From Gemmatimonadaceae bacterium (GTDB lineage: Bacteria; Gemmatimonadota; Gemmatimonadetes; Gemmatimonadales; Gemmatimonadaceae): 50,313 bases of DNA. The position numbers and the translations under genes are program-made. Below are positions 45,649 to 50,313 of this stretch, piece after piece. The notes below the pieces were generated by a model that ran no database searches, was not told the DNA's origin, and saw only the letters and a list, made by a program, of their open reading frames with translations. Where the stretch lies: assembly GCA_041743285.1 (NCBI GenBank), contig JBGTNB010000304.1, positions 1 through 50,313 of the forward strand, in the 5' to 3' direction. Position 1 is the stretch's first letter; every line of letters begins with the position of its first letter.

Positions 45649-45986
45649 CACCGGAGCATCCAGGGGGCGCTCCAAACGTGGGCCGCCATGTGATGGTCGA
45701 GGCCTACTCGCATGAAGTCGCGAGCTTTGGCTGGTGGCCGGGAAGTGCCGCGTATCCGGAGCCCGCCTTCTATGCTTACGCGTATCCGGAACCGGCAGGC
45801 TTCAATCGAGTGAGGGTAAGACCAGTTGCGGCGCAGTACCTTCAGGCTTTGGGTGAGTTCGTGCTTCCGTATGAGGCCGTACGTCTCGCCCTCGATCCTG
45901 ACGCGGCAGTACTGACATTCTGTTCAGACGTGTACGAGGCAGCTGCCGATCTGGGAATGTGGAATCGTCAGGCGCTGGAACGCTAA
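45649..45986 (+). pseudogene. 3-prime fragment of a second DUF5996 gene copy
   Basis: Encodes PEHPGGAPNVGRHVMVEAYSHEVASFGWWPG...NRQALER, matching residues ~191-302 of 40692-41600. There is no upstream coding continuity. Confidence 0.8.
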
Positions 45987-46252
45987 CCCGGTATTTCTGC
46001 CTTTCGAACTCGAGCGACGGCAAGGCCGTCAAGGATCTGGTGGCATGCTATGCAGCGTCGGGAAGAATGCGGCACGTCGAGCACGCTTCGCCTCGATCAT
46101 CGCCGGCGTCGCCATAAGCGGGTGCGCGACGACGACCGGAGCTCCGCCGGCCGACGCCTCGCCTGACGATCCGCCGGCTCTTTCCGCGATTTCACAGGAG
46201 GATCTGCGCCGAGACCTGTTCGTGCTAGCCAGTCAGGCAATGCGTGGCCGCG
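45649..46252 (+). repeat. Direct repeat B (604 nt), partner of 41263-41867
   Basis: See repeat A. This copy continues into the intact M28 gene. Confidence 0.85.
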
Positions 46253-47541
46253 AGGCGGGCACCATCGATGAGCTTCGGGCTTCGGCATGGATCGCCGAGC
46301 AGGCACGAGCCGCCGGACTCGAACCGATGGGTGACGATGGGACGTATTTTCAGTTCTGGCCGATGCGCCGTGCGCGCATATCGACTGACAGCCGGGTAAT
46401 CCTCGCAGGCACGCCGCTCGCAATCCCGGAAGGCGCGGTGGTGGTGACGCCGGCCGATGCGCGCATCGACGCACCGATGGTTTTCGTGGGCGAAGGGAAG
46501 CGGGCAGACCTGGCCGGCAAGGACATTCGCGGGCGGGTGGTTGCGGCGGTGCTCTCGCATCCGGAGGGCGCCCCGCCGCTCGGTCCGAATCTCAGCCCGC
46601 GCCGTTATGCGATGAGCGCCGTCAGGCAGCGCGCCGCGTTTCTGATAGAGAACGGTGCTACGGCGGTCCTGCTCGTTTCGGATTCCGTGGCCGATGGACA
46701 GTTCCAGAACATTGCCGCCGGTTGGGCGAGGGGCAGCTACGACATCGATGACGCGGAAGGGGAGTCCGCCGGCTCACGCCCGCCAGTTATCTGGGTGCGG
46801 CGCTCCGCGCTCGATTTCGCAAGGCAGTCGGGCGCGCGGCTGGTGGCCGAGCTCCAGCGCGAGCGTTTCGTCGTCCCCTCGGTGAACGTATTGGCGCGGG
46901 CGCCCGGCAGCGATCCCCGGCTGCGCGACGAGCACGTGCTGTACAGTGCCCACCAGGATGCGCTCGGCGTTCGCTATTCCTGGGATGGCGACTCTGTGTG
47001 GACCGGAGCCGACGACAACGCCACAACCAGTGTCGCGCTACTGGCGATCGGACGGGCGTTCGTTCGCGTGCCAGCGCCTCGTTCAGTCCTCTTCGTCTGG
47101 CACGGTGCGGAGGAAGTGGGGCTGCTCGGGTCGTACTACCACGTGGCGCATCCCGTCGTGCCGCTGTCACGCGTGGTGGCGGTTCTCAATGGCGACATGA
47201 TCGGCCGCAACCATCCGGATACCGCCGCGCTGCTGGGATCCCAGCCACCTAACCGCAATGCCCCGTCGCTGGTCGAGATGGCGCTTTCGGCGAACGCACG
47301 GGTCTCGCGGTTCGTTCTCGATAGCAGTTGGGACCAGCCCGGCCATCCGGAAAACTTCTTTCGCCGCAGCGATCACTGGCCTTACGTTCAAGCCGATGTG
47401 CCTTCCATATATTTCACGGCGCTGCTGCACTCAGACTACCATACGCCGCGCGACGATCCCGAAGGCATCGACTACGGCAAACTCACACGCATGGCGCGTT
47501 GGATGTATGCCACCGGCTGGACTGCTGCTTCCGCCCGGTGA
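46045..47541 (+). CDS. M28 family metallopeptidase (lipoprotein)
   Basis: Lipobox AISGC, a PA-domain-like insert, and HGAEEVGLLGSYY and DHWPY motifs typical of M28 aminopeptidases. Confidence 0.8.
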   Translation: MLCSVGKNAARRARFASIIAGVAISGCATTTGAPPADASPDDPPALSAISQEDLRRDLFVLASQAMRGREAGTIDELRASAWIAEQARAAGLEPMGDDGTYFQFWPMRRARISTDSRVILAGTPLAIPEGAVVVTPADARIDAPMVFVGEGKRADLAGKDIRGRVVAAVLSHPEGAPPLGPNLSPRRYAMSAVRQRAAFLIENGATAVLLVSDSVADGQFQNIAAGWARGSYDIDDAEGESAGSRPPVIWVRRSALDFARQSGARLVAELQRERFVVPSVNVLARAPGSDPRLRDEHVLYSAHQDALGVRYSWDGDSVWTGADDNATTSVALLAIGRAFVRVPAPRSVLFVWHGAEEVGLLGSYYHVAHPVVPLSRVVAVLNGDMIGRNHPDTAALLGSQPPNRNAPSLVEMALSANARVSRFVLDSSWDQPGHPENFFRRSDHWPYVQADVPSIYFTALLHSDYHTPRDDPEGIDYGKLTRMARWMYATGWTAASAR

Positions 47542-47698
47542 CTTAGTGGGCTGGCCCCGGGACCGTGTTTGCTCGCGGCAGGCGCGCCGCAGGCGTAGCG
47601 TGGCCATGGCTAAACGTCCACAGTGGAGGGTACATGAAGCCCGTCGCTAACGAAGCCGAGCTGGGCAGGTGACGGTCATCCAGTATTGGCGTGGCGCC

Positions 47699-48268
47699 AT
47701 GCTGGTGGCCGGGTTGGCTTTTTACGCTGCCGCGGCAGAAGCGCAGCAGTTCGCCGGATTCGGTGGGCTCGAGCCGCGGTTGGGAGTCGTGTGGCCTCGG
47801 GACGCAACGACCGGGGTGGTGTGGGCGCTCGACGCGGATCTGGGATACGTTCGGACGCCGCGGGTCCGGGCGATCGTTGGCATGACAGGCTTCAGTGGCG
47901 ACGTGGATCGTCGAGTGGCTGGAGCGCCTATCGGCGGTACGCTTTCCGCTTTCGGCGTGCAAGGGGCGCTGCGCCTGGATCCGGTGCGGGCGGGCCGGTT
48001 CGCGCCGTTCGTTACGGCGCTATTGACTGTACATAACGTCAGTGCGAATGTTTCTGATCCAGGTATCGATGAGTTGCTCGATGGAGTCTATGCCGGAATC
48101 GGATTCGGCGCCGGAGTTGCCTACTCACTGGACACGTCCGCGCGCTTTTCCCTGACCGCGGAGGCACGCCGGGTGTTCGCCACGAATGTGGGTCATGGGT
48201 CGCTTTTGTTCGGCATGCGTTGGCTGCCGCGCGGGCGACAGGCAAGTGACAGGGGTACGGCGCGGTGA
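47699..48268 (+). CDS. Putative outer-membrane beta-barrel protein
   Basis: Signal MLVAGLAFYAAAAEAQ with alternating hydrophobic strands. Coupled by a 4-nt overlap to the downstream Omp85-like gene. Confidence 0.5.
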   Translation: MLVAGLAFYAAAAEAQQFAGFGGLEPRLGVVWPRDATTGVVWALDADLGYVRTPRVRAIVGMTGFSGDVDRRVAGAPIGGTLSAFGVQGALRLDPVRAGRFAPFVTALLTVHNVSANVSDPGIDELLDGVYAGIGFGAGVAYSLDTSARFSLTAEARRVFATNVGHGSLLFGMRWLPRGRQASDRGTAR

Positions 48269-50007
48269 ATCCGCGACGCCGTGTTACGAGCATTGCGGCG
48301 ATCGCGGCACTGATCGCGGCGATTGTCGTTCCTGCTCCAGCGCAGGTGGTGCCGGCGGCCGATTCCGCCAGCCGTGATTCCGCGGCTACCCGCTGCTCGA
48401 ACCAGCGCGTCAACTCCATCGAATATCGGCGCGATCCCCCCGCACTCATGGGGGAGCGTATGCCGTCGTGGAGCCGAGGGGTGCTTCGCATGATCGTGCA
48501 GCATAGCCAGACCGAACCGCAGGCTGTCCGGCCATTCCTGCTCGTCGAAGAGGGCGAGAGCTGCACCACCTTCAAGCTCGACGAGTCGGAGCGGCTGCTG
48601 CGTGCTCAGCCGTATTTGGCGAACGCGGAGCTTCGCGCCTACCCCGATTCCGGCGGCGGCGTCCGGGTGACAGTTCACACCGTGGATGAAATACCGCTCG
48701 TCATAGACGGAGGTTTCAGCGATGGAGAGCCGTCGAAATTCACCTACGGAAACCGGAACGTTCTTGGAAGCGGTGTCTACGCCGCGGCAAAGTGGCGGCA
48801 GGGATTTGCCTATCGAGACGCGATAGGGGTGGAATTGGCTCACTATCATTTCCTCGGCCGGGCTCGTGCGCGTTTGGAATTGATGCGCGGCTCCCGCGAC
48901 GAATCGTACCGCGGCGCGTTGACCAACGCCTATCTCACCGACGCGCAGGTCGCGGCTTGGCACGTCGGCTACCGCCGCAACGAGGACTTCGCCGAGTTTC
49001 TCCGGGAGGGTTCATCGTCGCTTGCGCTCGGCCTGGAACGCGATCTTGCCGACGCCGGTGTGCTGTGGAGAGTCGGAGTGCGCGGACGCCGGGCGTTCGC
49101 CGGGGCCACCGCCTCGCATGAGCGGGTCACCGCGGCCTCGGACGGCATTGTGGTCAGCGACACGGGCTTCGCGGCCGACCCGGACACCTTGCTGGATGAC
49201 CGCTTCGAGTCGTGGAGTACTACATCGGTGGGTGCCGTATTCGGCGGCCGCTTCCTCAACTACCGGACAATGGAAGGACTGAGCTCTCTCGCCGGCACTC
49301 ACGATGTCGCGACCGGCGTGCAGGTGGCTGCCACGTTGGGGCGAGGGATTGGCGGCAACCGCCGCCGCCAGTTCAGTGGGCTCGATCTCTACGCCGCAGC
49401 GGGCACGCAGCGCACTCTCTTTGCGTTAGGTGCGGTCACCGAAGGCAAGCGCGCTCCGGGAGGGGGTTGGGAGGATGTCATAGCGAGTGGACGGCTGGTG
49501 ATCTATCGCATTCCCTCTGAAAGGCGGGCGAACGAAGTGAGCGCGGAGTACTCTGGCGCGTGGAGGGCATCGCTTCCGGGGCAACTGGCGCTCGACGAGC
49601 GGCGCGGCGGCGTTCGAGGCTACCGGGATTCCCGTGTCGGGGGAACCAAGCGCGCAGTGTTTCGAATCGAGGAAAGGCGGTCGCTTGGTCGCATGGGACG
49701 GCGCGCCGGCTTCGCCATCGCGGGATTTGCCGATGCCGGCAAGGTCTGGGCAGGCGATGTTCCATACGGAACCAGCACCTCGGTCCGTACCAGCATTGGC
49801 GCCGGGCTAATGGCCGCGGTGCCCAGACAATCTCAGCGTTTGTTCCGGATCGACGCAGCCGTGCCGCTCACCCGCGGCGGCACCACTCGATCGTGGACTG
49901 TGCGCCTGTTCACGACCGCCGCCTATCCCACCTTCTGGCGCGAGCCGACAGATGTGTCTCGGCTGCGTGCTCCGCGGCCGGCGTCCGAACTGCTGCTGTG
50001 GCCATAA
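48265..50007 (+). CDS. Omp85/BamA-TamA-like outer-membrane protein (one POTRA-like domain plus barrel)
   Basis: GTG start, signal peptide, a POTRA-like segment (FLLVEEGESCTTFKLDESERLL..VRVTVHTVDEIP) and a barrel with ..LFRIDAAVPL.. near the C-terminus. Confidence 0.55.
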   Translation: MNPRRRVTSIAAIAALIAAIVVPAPAQVVPAADSASRDSAATRCSNQRVNSIEYRRDPPALMGERMPSWSRGVLRMIVQHSQTEPQAVRPFLLVEEGESCTTFKLDESERLLRAQPYLANAELRAYPDSGGGVRVTVHTVDEIPLVIDGGFSDGEPSKFTYGNRNVLGSGVYAAAKWRQGFAYRDAIGVELAHYHFLGRARARLELMRGSRDESYRGALTNAYLTDAQVAAWHVGYRRNEDFAEFLREGSSSLALGLERDLADAGVLWRVGVRGRRAFAGATASHERVTAASDGIVVSDTGFAADPDTLLDDRFESWSTTSVGAVFGGRFLNYRTMEGLSSLAGTHDVATGVQVAATLGRGIGGNRRRQFSGLDLYAAAGTQRTLFALGAVTEGKRAPGGGWEDVIASGRLVIYRIPSERRANEVSAEYSGAWRASLPGQLALDERRGGVRGYRDSRVGGTKRAVFRIEERRSLGRMGRRAGFAIAGFADAGKVWAGDVPYGTSTSVRTSIGAGLMAAVPRQSQRLFRIDAAVPLTRGGTTRSWTVRLFTTAAYPTFWREPTDVSRLRAPRPASELLLWP

Positions 50008-50016
50008 GCAAACAGC

Positions 50017-50070
50017 GGGAAACGGGAAATGGGAAAGGGGAAACGGGCTGGAAACGGGAAACGGGAAACG
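50017..50070. repeat. GGGAAAC heptad array, unpaired within the window
   Basis: GGGAAAC GGGAAAT GGGAAAG GGGAAAC GGGCTGG AAAC GGGAAAC GGGAAAC G starts 10 nt after the stop at 50007. Confidence 0.7.
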
Positions 50071-50206
50071 CACGCACCCATGTGAGTGAACTCGCGGTTG
50101 CCTGTGTCAGTGAAGTGTCAGGCCGTAGAGCGACTCGTGATGCCTCTGTTATCGTACATCGCTGAAGCTCGAAGGTGGTGTGCACCGATGACCGAGGAGT
50201 GAAGGA

Positions 50207-50313
50207 ATGAGAATGCGGCAGATTGGCTCGCTATTGGCTTTGGCGACCATGGTGGCAGGCTTGCAGAAGGCACCGGCACAGGTTGCCGCGCAGCGATCGC
50301 CGACCCCCGCGCC
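50207..50313 (+). CDS. Start of a secreted protein (3-prime end outside the window)
   Basis: ATG at 50207 after GGAGTGAAGGA encodes MRMRQIGSLLALATMVAGLQKAPAQ.., a signal-peptide-like N-terminus. The frame is open to the window end. Confidence 0.35.
   Translation, partial: MRMRQIGSLLALATMVAGLQKAPAQVAAQRSPTPA

Overview
High-GC bacterial chromosomal segment. Taxonomy cannot be determined here. The gene content (Tat-exported Gfo/Idh/MocA and GMC oxidoreductases, DUF885, FliA, many lipoproteins) resembles soil Gemmatimonadota/Acidobacteriota-type genomes, but that is inference only. I call about 45 protein-coding genes, several pseudogene fragments, an ISL3 transposase remnant at the left edge, and one complete endonuclease-less group II intron (37587-39564). 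I saw no rRNA, tRNA or CRISPR array. The most unusual content is non-coding. (i) At least nine intergenic regions carry long imperfect hairpins or single arms built from short tandem repeats, mostly 7-nt GGGNNNN-type units. (ii) A subset of these share a conserved scaffold (AGGAWNTGCAA..ACC on the 5-prime side, GGTT..TTTGC on the 3-prime side) but carry completely different, still self-complementary arm sequences. (iii) One such element of about 300 nt occurs twice (250-548 and 37296-39663). The second copy is a hairpin nested in a hairpin, and the group II intron sits in the 3-prime arm of its inner hairpin, so the first copy acts as an empty site. (iv) A scrambled segmental duplication (41263-46252) has two ~605-nt direct repeats, diverged by about 4 percent, flanking pseudogene debris and one intact PQQ/PKD lipoprotein gene. 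All product names come from motif recognition by eye; no database search, folding or statistics could be run.
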